From Saprospiraceae bacterium (GTDB lineage Bacteria; Bacteroidota; Bacteroidia; Chitinophagales; Saprospiraceae): DNA of 64,000 nt. The DNA is taken from the NCBI GenBank assembly GCA_016720635.1, contig JADKKF010000014.1, forward strand, positions 20,988-84,987, given 5' to 3'. The first letter of the stretch is position 1. Each line of letters begins with the position of its first letter. Shown one piece after another: positions 49,261 to 57,666 of this stretch. Below the pieces are notes generated by a model. That model worked only from the letters and a program-made list of their open reading frames with translations, made no database searches and was not told the origin of the DNA. The position numbers and the translations under genes were made by a program.

Positions 49261-49515
49261 ATCGACAGCTACTTTTTGCTGAGTATTTAATGCTTGGTAT
49301 TTGGATTCGTATTGTTGCCTCCAGTCATTTTTTATAAGCCATGCTAGGTTTTTTTTATTTATTTTAATAAAAGATAAAGTTATAAAAAAGAAATTTAATC
49401 CTACAAGGTTGATTCTTGTCGGTCTTTTAAAAAAGTTTAAGTTATGGGAATTGGAATGAGATTTTTACTTATGAGCCGAATTTAAAATAGCATTATTTCG
49501 GGTGACAATATCGAC

Positions 49516-49547
49516 AAAAAAAAGCCCGATGTAAAATACATCAGGCT
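49516..49547 (-). terminator. rho-independent terminator of the giant adhesin gene
   Basis: On the minus strand the sequence is AGCCTGATGTA-ttt-TACATCGGGCT (11-bp stem with one G-U pair) followed by TTTTTTTT. It lies 23 nt after the stop. Confidence 0.75.
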
Positions 49548-49569
49548 CCAATTTGTGGTTCAAATTTTA

Positions 49570-52500
49570 CTATTCTACTAACGTTACGTCTCCTGTCTTT
49601 TTAATTATGCTTCCATCTAACAAGGTAATTTCCGTCGAATAAACAAAAACTGCGGGCTTCATAAGCAGCAACTTAAATGTGCCATTCCATCCTTTTTGAG
49701 TTCCATTTATCGTGAAATCTTTTTCCTCGTGAACCATATTGCCCCATCTATCAAATATTCTCAAATAATTAACTTTTTCAATTTTTAAGTCATCAGAATA
49801 AATTCTGAATACATCATTAATACCGTCCCCATTCGGTGAAAAAGCATTGGGTATATAAATTTTGATATTCTTTTTAACGATGACATTTACAAGATCTTCT
49901 GATGTACAACCCATCAAATCCGTTACACGAACTCGATAAGTCCCTGATATTTTTGGTGTGTCAATCAAAATGTCAGAATTATTGTTGAAAATTTTAGGTC
50001 CACTTGACCAATTCCATTGGGATATTTGGCTGGTTGGTTTATTAGTTATAGCAATCAATTGTACGCTTTCTCCTAATTCAATTTCAACTAAATCTGGCAA
50101 ATCAACAGTTAACCCTGAGACGGAATCAAAAACAACGGTATCTCTAATTTGACATCCCCGCTCGTCTTGTATAGTTAAGATATGTGTTCCAGGACTTAAA
50201 TTATTCAGCGATAGGCTTCCATTAAAATTCGTAAATGGTTGACCAGCGGGAAAGGAATATTTGTATGGTGGCGTTCCGTTCGTAATCGATGTAACACGGA
50301 TTGTTCCAGTCCTAGTAAGACAAGTGATTGAATCTATATTAATATTGAAATTGATTGGTAGCGGCGCAATTAAAGAAATTGAATCAACTACTTTACAGCC
50401 AATACCATCAGTTACAGTATATCGATATGTTCCTTGACTAAGATTATTTAAAGAAGTGGAATTTTGTCCATTTGACCAATTGACATTAACAGTTCCAATA
50501 CCTTGATTGACTGTTAGTTCTACTTTGCCATCACTTAAGCCAAAACAACTTATCGGACTTGAAATGCGAGAAGATGCATTCAAAGCGCAAGCTGAGTTTG
50601 TTATTGAAAAACCACAATTAGCACTACAGTTATTACCATCTCGGACAACGACAGAATAAACTCCAGAAACTAATCCATTTACAGAATTTTCGCCCAAAAC
50701 TCCAGGTTGTTGCCCAGATGATGGACCGACCCAAAGAATCGTATATGGAGATGCGCCTCCACTAATGAAGACCGAACCTATTCCATCCGCATTTGCTCCT
50801 GATGATGCTGGAGATTTTTGCAAGCAATTCAAAGAAACGCCTGGACTAGCAACAAGGATGAAAGACGAAGCAGAACTGCAACCTGCCGCAATGTCGGTGA
50901 CAGTTACGGAATAAGTCCCAGCAGATAAACTATTGGGATTTGCTCCTGAAGGATTTCCAAGTCCTTGCCAAGTATATGAATAACCCACGCCACTCGGTGT
51001 TACAGATATGCCTCCATTATTGAGTCCACAACTTGGATTGGATAAGCTTCCTGAAACATTAAGACCTTGACTGGCTGTAAGAACGAAAGACGAAACAGAA
51101 CTACAACCAGCTGCAATGTTGGTGACAGTTACGGTATAAGTTCCAGCAGATAAGCTGGTAGGATTTGCTCCTGAAGGATTTCCAAGTCCTTGCCATGTAT
51201 ATGAGTAACCTACGCCATTCGGTGTTACAGATATACTTCCATTATTGAGTCCACAGCTTGGATTGATTCCATTTAAGGAAATAGATAAATTTGTTGACCC
51301 GTTTATTGTAAATCCAGTTGAAGCAGAACATCCACCAACCGTATTTGTAACGGTAACGACATAATTTCCGGGTGCAAGGTTTGTTCTTATAGAAGAACTA
51401 AGTCCAATATCACCCCAATTATAGGTAAACCCAGCCCCAGCAGGAGTAACAGTAATGGCCCCATTGTCTTGCCCACAGCTGGTTTGGGTGATATTGGCAC
51501 CAGCGGTTAACCCAGAAGAAGCATTTAAAGTAAAGCTAGAAGAAGTCCTACATCCAGTCGCAGTCTCAGTCACGGTGACAGTATAGGTACCAGCCCCTAA
51601 ATTCATAGGATTATTTCCTGAAAGAGCAGCATTAGACCATGCGTAAGAATAACCAGGAGGAGCAGGGTTGATTTCAATAGCACCGTTGTTCAAACCACAA
51701 CTTGGTTGGCTGACAATAGGATTCAAGACCAAAGCACCAGTACTAGTAATAGTAAAAATAGAACTGGATTTGCACCCAGTCGCAGTTTCTGTGACGGTGA
51801 CCGTATAATCACCAGCTCCAAGACCTGTTCTGATATTGGTAATGACACCCGATCCAGCCCAAGCATAAGAATAACCTGGAGGAGTAGGAGTAACAGAAAT
51901 AGCCCCGTTGTTATTTCCACAGCTTGCTTGGGTAATATTACCTCCGATGGCAAAAGGAGTGGATGGGTTGATTGTTATTGTTGTGGTTGATTTGCAACCA
52001 GAAGCTGTCTGAGTAACCGTAACGGTATAATCACCGGCAGCTAAGCCAGTTCTTATGTTGGTAGTAATACCCGACCCAGCCCAAGCATAAGAATAACCTG
52101 GAGGAGCAGGAGTAACCGAAATGGCCCCATTGTCTTGTCCACAGCTGGTTTGAGAGACATTTGAACCGACGGAAAATGGCGTTGATCCATTGATCGTGAT
52201 GCTTGTGGATGAAGCACATCCACCAACCGTATTTGTAACGGTAACGACATAATTTCCAGGAGAGAGGTTTGTTCTAATAGAAGAACTAAGTCCAATATCA
52301 CCCCAATTATAGGTAAACCCAGCCCCTGTAGGAGTAACAGTAATGGCCCCATTGTCTTGCCCACAGCTGGTTTGGGTGATATTCGCACCAGCGGTTAATC
52401 CTGCAGAAGCATTTAAAGTAAAGCTAGAAGAAGCCCGACATCCAGTCGCGGTTTCGGTAACGGTGACAGTAAATGTACCAGCCCCTAAATTCATAGGATT

Positions 52501-55500
52501 ATTTCCTGAAAGAGCAGCATTAGACCATGCGTAAGTATAACCTGGAGGAGGAGGATTGATTTCAATGGCACCATTGTTCAAACCACAACTTGGTTGGCTG
52601 ACAATAGGATTCAAGACCAAAGCACCAGTACTAGTAATAGTAAAAATAGAACTGGATTTGCACCCAGTCGCAGATTCTGTGACGGTGACCGTATAATCAC
52701 CAGCTCCAAGACCTGTTCTGATATTGGTAATGACACCCGATCCAGCCCAAGCATAAGAATAACCAGGAGGAACCGGAATAACTGAAACGGCTCCGTTGTT
52801 ATTTCCACAGCTTGCTTGGGTAATATTACCACCGATGGCAAAAGGAGTGGATGGGTTGATTGTTATTGATGTGGTTGATTTGCAACCAGAAGCTGTCTGA
52901 GTAACCGTAACGGTATAATCACCGGCAGCTAAGCCAGTTCTTATATTGGTAGTAATACCCGACCCAGCCCAAGCATAAGAATAACCTGGAGGAGCAGGAG
53001 TAACCGAAATGGCCCCATTGTCTTGTCCACAGCTGGTTTGAGAGACATTTGAACCGACGGAAAATGGCGTTGATCCATTGATCGTGATGCTTGTGGATGA
53101 AGCACATCCACCAACCGTATTTGTAACGGTAACGACATAATTTCCAGGAGAGAGGTTTGTTCTAATAGAAGAACTAAGTCCAATATCACCCCAATTATAG
53201 GTAAACCCAGCCCCTGTAGGAGTAACAGTAATGGCCCCATTGTCTTGCCCACAGCTGGTTTGGGTGATATTCGCACCAGCGGTTAATCCTGCAGAAGCAT
53301 TTAAAGTAAAGCTAGAAGAAGCCCGACATCCAGTCGCGGTTTCGGTAACGGTGACAGTATAGGTACCAGCCCCTAAATTCATAGGATTATTTCCTGAAAG
53401 AGCAGCATTAGACCATGCGTAAGTATAACCTGGAGGAGGAGGATTGATTTCAATGGCACCATTGTTCAAACCACAACTTGGTTGGCTGACAATAGGATTC
53501 AAGACCAAAGCACCAGTACTAGTAATAGTAAAAATAGAACTGGATTTGCACCCAGTCGCAGTTTCTGTGACGGTGACTGTATAATCACCAGCCCCAAGGT
53601 TTGTTCTGATATTGGTAATAACACCTGATCCAGCCCAAGCATAAGAATAACCAGAAGGAGCAGGAGTAACCGAAATGGCTCCGTTGTTATTTCCACAGCT
53701 TGCTTGGGTAATATTACCTCCAATGGCAAAAGGAGTGGAAGGGTTGATGGTTATTGATGCGGTTGATTTGCAACCAGAAGCTGTCTGAGTAACCGTAACG
53801 GTATAATCACCAGCAGCTAAGCCAGTTCTTATGTTGGTAGTAATACCCGATCCAGCCCAAGCATAAGAATAACCAGGAGGAGCCGGAGTAACGGAAATGG
53901 CCCCATTGTCTTGTCCACAGCTTGTTTGAGAGACATTTGAACCGACGGAAAATGGCGTTGATCCATTGATCGTGATGCTTGTGGATGAAGCACATCCACC
54001 AACCGTATTTGTAACGGTAACGACATAATTTCCAGGAGAGAGGTTTGTTCTAATAGAAGAACTAAGTCCAATATCACCCCAATTATAGGTAAACCCAGCC
54101 CCAGCAGGAGTAACAGTTATGGCTCCATTGTCTTGCCCACAACTGGTTTGGGTGATATTAGCACCAGCGGTTAATCCCGCAGAAGCATTTAAAGTAAAGC
54201 TAGAAGAAGTCCGACATCCAGTGGCGGTCTCAGTCACGGTGACAGTAAATGTTCCAGCCCCTAAATTCATAGGATTATTTCCTGAAAGAGCAGCATTAGA
54301 CCAAGCATAAGTATAACCAGGAGGTGGAGGGTTGATTTCAATGGCACCGTTGTTCAAACCACAACTTGGTTGGCTGACAGTTGGAGTCAATACTAGTGGA
54401 CTAGAAGGATTTATAGTAAAAATAGAACTGGATTTGCACCCAGTCGCAGTTTCAGTGACGGTGACCGTATAATCACCAGCCCCAAGGCTTGTTCTGATAT
54501 TGGTAATGACACCCGATCCAGCCCAAGCATAAGAATAACCAGGAGGAGCAGGAGTAACCGAAATGGCTCCGTTGTTATTTCCACAGCTTGCTTGGGTAAT
54601 ATTACCTCCAATGGCAAAAGGAGTGGAAGGGTTGATGGTTATTGATGCGGTTGATTTGCAACCAGAAGCTGTCTGAGTAACCGTAACGGTATAATCACCA
54701 GCAGCTAAGCCAGTTCTTATGTTGGTAGTAATACCCGATCCAGCCCAAGCGTAAGTATAACCTGGAGGAGCCGGAGTAACGGAAATGGCCCCATTGTCTT
54801 GTCCACAGCTTGTTTGAGAGACATTTGAACCAACGGAAAATGGCGTTGATCCATTGATCGTGATGCTTGTGGATGAAGCACATCCACCAACCGTATTTGT
54901 AACGGTAACAATATAATTACCAGAGGCAAGGTTTGTTCTAGTAGAAGAACTAAGTCCAATATCACCCCAATTATAGGTAAACCCAGCCCCAGCAGGAGTA
55001 ACAGTTATGGCTCCATTGTCTTGCCCACAACTGGTTTGGGTGATATTAGCACCAGCGGTTAATCCCGCAGAAGCATTTAAAGTAAAGCTAGAAGAAGTCC
55101 TACATCCAGTCGCAGTCTCAGTCACGGTGACAGTATAGGTACCAGCCCCTAAATTCATAGGATTATTTCCTGAAAGAGCAGCATTAGACCATGCGTAAGT
55201 ATAACCAGGAGGAGGAGGGTTGATTTCAATGGCACCGTTGTTCAAACCACAACTTGGTTGGCTGACAGTTGGAGTCAATACTAGTGGACTAGAAGGATTT
55301 ATAGTAAAAATGGAACTGGATTTGCAACCAGTCGCCGTTTCTGTGACGGTAACCGTATAAGATCCTGGAGACAAGCCTGTTCTAATATTAGTCATAACAC
55401 CCGACCCAGCCCAAGCATAAGAATAACCAGGAGGAAGAGGAGTAACAGAAATGGCCCCATTGTTATTTCCACAGCTTGCTTGGGTAATATTATCTCCAAT

Positions 55501-57666
55501 GGCAAAAGGAGTGGATGGGTTGATAGTTATTGATGCGGTTGATTTGCAACCAGAAGCTGTCTGAGTAACTGTAACGGTATAATCACCAGCAGCTAAGCCA
55601 GTTCTTATATTGGAAGTAATACCCGACCCAGCCCAAGCGTAAGTATAACCTGGAGGAGCAGGAGTAATCGAAATGGCCCCATTATCTTGTCCACAGCTTG
55701 TTTGAGAGACATTTGAACCAACGGAAAATGGCGTTGATCCATTGATCGTGATGCTTGTGGATGAAGCACATCCACCAACCGTATTTGTAACGGTAACAAT
55801 ATAATTACCAGAGGCAAGGTTTGTCCTTGTAGAGGAGCTAAGTCCAATATCGCCCCAATTGTAAGTAAATCCAGCCCCAGCAGGAGTAACAGTTATGGCC
55901 CCATTGTCTTGCCCACAGCTGGTTTGGGTGATATTGGTACCGGCGGTTAACCCAGAAGAAGCATTCAAAGTAAAGCTAGAAGAAGCCCGACATCCAGTCG
56001 CGGTTTCGGTGACGGTGACGGTAAATGTTCCAGCCCCTAAATTCATAGGATTATTTCCTGAAAGAGCAGCATTAGACCATGCGTAAGTATAACCAGGAGG
56101 AGGAGGATTGATTTCAATGGCACCATTGTTCAAACCACAGCTTGGTTGGCTGACAGTTGGAGTCAATACTAGTGGACTAGAAGGATTTATAGTAAAAATG
56201 GAACTGGATTTGCACCCAGTCGCAGTTTCTGTCACAGTAACCGTATAAGATCCTGGAGACAAACCCGTTCTAATATTAGTCGTAACACCCGACCCAGCCC
56301 AAGTATAGGTATAACCAGGAGGAGCCGGAGTAACCGAAATGGCCCCATTGTTATTTCCACAGCTTGCTTGGGTAATATTACCTCCAATGGCAAAAGGAGT
56401 GGATGGGTTGATAGTTATTGATGCGGTTGATATACAACCAGAGGCTGTTTGAGTAACTGTAACGGTATAATCACCAGCAGCTAAGCCAGTTCTTATATTG
56501 GTAGTAATACCCGACCCAGCCCAAGCATAGGTATAACCAGGAGGAAGAGGAGTAACAGAAATGGACCCATTGTCTTGTCCACAGCTTGTTTGAGTGACAT
56601 TTGAACCAACGGAAAATGGCGTTGATCCATTGATTGTGATGCTTGAGGTGGAAGCACATCCACCTACTGTATTTGTAACTGTAACGACATAATTTCCAGG
56701 AGAGAGGTTTGTCCTAGTAGAAGAACTAAGTCCAATATCTGACCAATTGTAATTGTAACTTGCCCCAGTAGGGGTGATTGAAATGGCCCCATTGTTATTT
56801 CCGCACATTGTTTGAGTGATATTCGCCCCAACCATTAATCCAGTTGAAGGATTTAATGTGAAACTAGAACTCGTTCGACACCCAGTCGTAGTTTCGGTAA
56901 CAGTGACAGTATAGGTACCAGCGCCTAAATTCATAGGGTTGTTTCCTGAAAGTGCAGCATTGGACCAAGCATAGGTATAATTAGGAGGAGCTGGATTTAC
57001 TAAAATGGCACCATTGTCCAATCCGCAGCTAGGTTGCGTTAATGTGGGACTTATATTGAATAAAGATGAAGGTGTTATGGTAAAAGTGGAACTCGATCTG
57101 CACCCAGTGGCTGTTTCTGTTACGGTAACTGTGTAAGATCCTGGAGACAAACCCGTTCTAGTATTAGTAGTAATACCCGACCCAGCCCAAGAATAAGTAT
57201 ATCCTGGTGGAGCTGGAGTGACCTCAATCGCCCCATTATTATTCCCACACGTTGTTTGAGTTATATTTCCACCAATAGCCAACGGTGTAGAAGAATTGAT
57301 GGTTACCGTTGCGGTTGACCTACAACCAGTGGCGGTTTGAGTAACAGTAACTGTATATGACCCTGGAGCTAATCCGGTTCTAGTATTTGTAGTGACCCCT
57401 GATCCAGCCCAAGCATAAGTATATCCTGGAGGGGCAGGAGTGACTGTAATAGCACCATTATTATTTCCACAACTTGTTTGAGTGACATTGGTAGCTGCAA
57501 CCAAGGAACAAGGGTTGCCATAATAATTTAAACAAATTTCATCCATACTAATTGTAGAAAATCGACAGAAAATGGGAATAGTGACCGTGTAGCATAATAC
57601 ATAATCTGCATTTGGAGTTAAATTTGTATATTCAGGATTGAACCGAATACTGGTCAGGTTGTACAT
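49570..57666 (-). CDS. giant cell-surface adhesin-like protein: about 30 SprB-type repeats, further Ig-like modules, and a T9SS type B C-terminal sorting domain; no signal peptide in the intact ORF
   Basis: 2698 aa. It carries about 74-aa modules built on (T/S)Q(T/P/A)SCG(N/Q/L)(N/D)NGAI.V.P ... Y.W ... G.Y.VTVT....GC. The C-terminal IYIPNAFSPNGDGINDVF ... FDRWGNMV is the type B CTD signature. Confidence 0.9.
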   Translation of the reverse strand: MYNLTSIRFNPEYTNLTPNADYVLCYTVTIPIFCRFSTISMDEICLNYYGNPCSLVAATNVTQTSCGNNNGAITVTPAPPGYTYAWAGSGVTTNTRTGLAPGSYTVTVTQTATGCRSTATVTINSSTPLAIGGNITQTTCGNNNGAIEVTPAPPGYTYSWAGSGITTNTRTGLSPGSYTVTVTETATGCRSSSTFTITPSSLFNISPTLTQPSCGLDNGAILVNPAPPNYTYAWSNAALSGNNPMNLGAGTYTVTVTETTTGCRTSSSFTLNPSTGLMVGANITQTMCGNNNGAISITPTGASYNYNWSDIGLSSSTRTNLSPGNYVVTVTNTVGGCASTSSITINGSTPFSVGSNVTQTSCGQDNGSISVTPLPPGYTYAWAGSGITTNIRTGLAAGDYTVTVTQTASGCISTASITINPSTPFAIGGNITQASCGNNNGAISVTPAPPGYTYTWAGSGVTTNIRTGLSPGSYTVTVTETATGCKSSSIFTINPSSPLVLTPTVSQPSCGLNNGAIEINPPPPGYTYAWSNAALSGNNPMNLGAGTFTVTVTETATGCRASSSFTLNASSGLTAGTNITQTSCGQDNGAITVTPAGAGFTYNWGDIGLSSSTRTNLASGNYIVTVTNTVGGCASSTSITINGSTPFSVGSNVSQTSCGQDNGAISITPAPPGYTYAWAGSGITSNIRTGLAAGDYTVTVTQTASGCKSTASITINPSTPFAIGDNITQASCGNNNGAISVTPLPPGYSYAWAGSGVMTNIRTGLSPGSYTVTVTETATGCKSSSIFTINPSSPLVLTPTVSQPSCGLNNGAIEINPPPPGYTYAWSNAALSGNNPMNLGAGTYTVTVTETATGCRTSSSFTLNASAGLTAGANITQTSCGQDNGAITVTPAGAGFTYNWGDIGLSSSTRTNLASGNYIVTVTNTVGGCASSTSITINGSTPFSVGSNVSQTSCGQDNGAISVTPAPPGYTYAWAGSGITTNIRTGLAAGDYTVTVTQTASGCKSTASITINPSTPFAIGGNITQASCGNNNGAISVTPAPPGYSYAWAGSGVITNIRTSLGAGDYTVTVTETATGCKSSSIFTINPSSPLVLTPTVSQPSCGLNNGAIEINPPPPGYTYAWSNAALSGNNPMNLGAGTFTVTVTETATGCRTSSSFTLNASAGLTAGANITQTSCGQDNGAITVTPAGAGFTYNWGDIGLSSSIRTNLSPGNYVVTVTNTVGGCASSTSITINGSTPFSVGSNVSQTSCGQDNGAISVTPAPPGYSYAWAGSGITTNIRTGLAAGDYTVTVTQTASGCKSTASITINPSTPFAIGGNITQASCGNNNGAISVTPAPSGYSYAWAGSGVITNIRTNLGAGDYTVTVTETATGCKSSSIFTITSTGALVLNPIVSQPSCGLNNGAIEINPPPPGYTYAWSNAALSGNNPMNLGAGTYTVTVTETATGCRASSSFTLNASAGLTAGANITQTSCGQDNGAITVTPTGAGFTYNWGDIGLSSSIRTNLSPGNYVVTVTNTVGGCASSTSITINGSTPFSVGSNVSQTSCGQDNGAISVTPAPPGYSYAWAGSGITTNIRTGLAAGDYTVTVTQTASGCKSTTSITINPSTPFAIGGNITQASCGNNNGAVSVIPVPPGYSYAWAGSGVITNIRTGLGAGDYTVTVTESATGCKSSSIFTITSTGALVLNPIVSQPSCGLNNGAIEINPPPPGYTYAWSNAALSGNNPMNLGAGTFTVTVTETATGCRASSSFTLNASAGLTAGANITQTSCGQDNGAITVTPTGAGFTYNWGDIGLSSSIRTNLSPGNYVVTVTNTVGGCASSTSITINGSTPFSVGSNVSQTSCGQDNGAISVTPAPPGYSYAWAGSGITTNIRTGLAAGDYTVTVTQTASGCKSTTTITINPSTPFAIGGNITQASCGNNNGAISVTPTPPGYSYAWAGSGVITNIRTGLGAGDYTVTVTETATGCKSSSIFTITSTGALVLNPIVSQPSCGLNNGAIEINPAPPGYSYAWSNAALSGNNPMNLGAGTYTVTVTETATGCRTSSSFTLNASSGLTAGANITQTSCGQDNGAITVTPAGAGFTYNWGDIGLSSSIRTNLAPGNYVVTVTNTVGGCSASTGFTINGSTNLSISLNGINPSCGLNNGSISVTPNGVGYSYTWQGLGNPSGANPTSLSAGTYTVTVTNIAAGCSSVSSFVLTASQGLNVSGSLSNPSCGLNNGGISVTPSGVGYSYTWQGLGNPSGANPNSLSAGTYSVTVTDIAAGCSSASSFILVASPGVSLNCLQKSPASSGANADGIGSVFISGGASPYTILWVGPSSGQQPGVLGENSVNGLVSGVYSVVVRDGNNCSANCGFSITNSACALNASSRISSPISCFGLSDGKVELTVNQGIGTVNVNWSNGQNSTSLNNLSQGTYRYTVTDGIGCKVVDSISLIAPLPINFNINIDSITCLTRTGTIRVTSITNGTPPYKYSFPAGQPFTNFNGSLSLNNLSPGTHILTIQDERGCQIRDTVVFDSVSGLTVDLPDLVEIELGESVQLIAITNKPTSQISQWNWSSGPKIFNNNSDILIDTPKISGTYRVRVTDLMGCTSEDLVNVIVKKNIKIYIPNAFSPNGDGINDVFRIYSDDLKIEKVNYLRIFDRWGNMVHEEKDFTINGTQKGWNGTFKLLLMKPAVFVYSTEITLLDGSIIKKTGDVTLVE
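51300..57510 (-). repeat. higher-order tandem repeat, 7 copies of an 888-bp (296-aa, four-module) unit inside the adhesin gene
   Basis: Identical strings recur at exactly 888-nt spacing, for example the block starting near 51681, 52569 and 53457, and a variant block near 54345, 55233 and 56121. Spurious ORFs in the supplied track recur with the same period. Confidence 0.9.

Noticed and set aside
51700-56700. Dozens of 60-111-aa ORFs on both strands recur every 888 nt inside the adhesin repeats, for example 51723..51953, 52611..52841, 53499..53729 and 52343..52534.
   Set aside because: They are by-products of a long, stop-poor, near-identical repeat that is already fully explained by the 2698-aa minus-strand ORF. 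Their periodicity simply mirrors the repeat.
51300-57510. I considered whether the regular tandem repeat could be a CRISPR array.
   Set aside because: The period is 888 nt with no short repeat-spacer alternation, the whole region is one continuous coding frame, and there are no cas genes.
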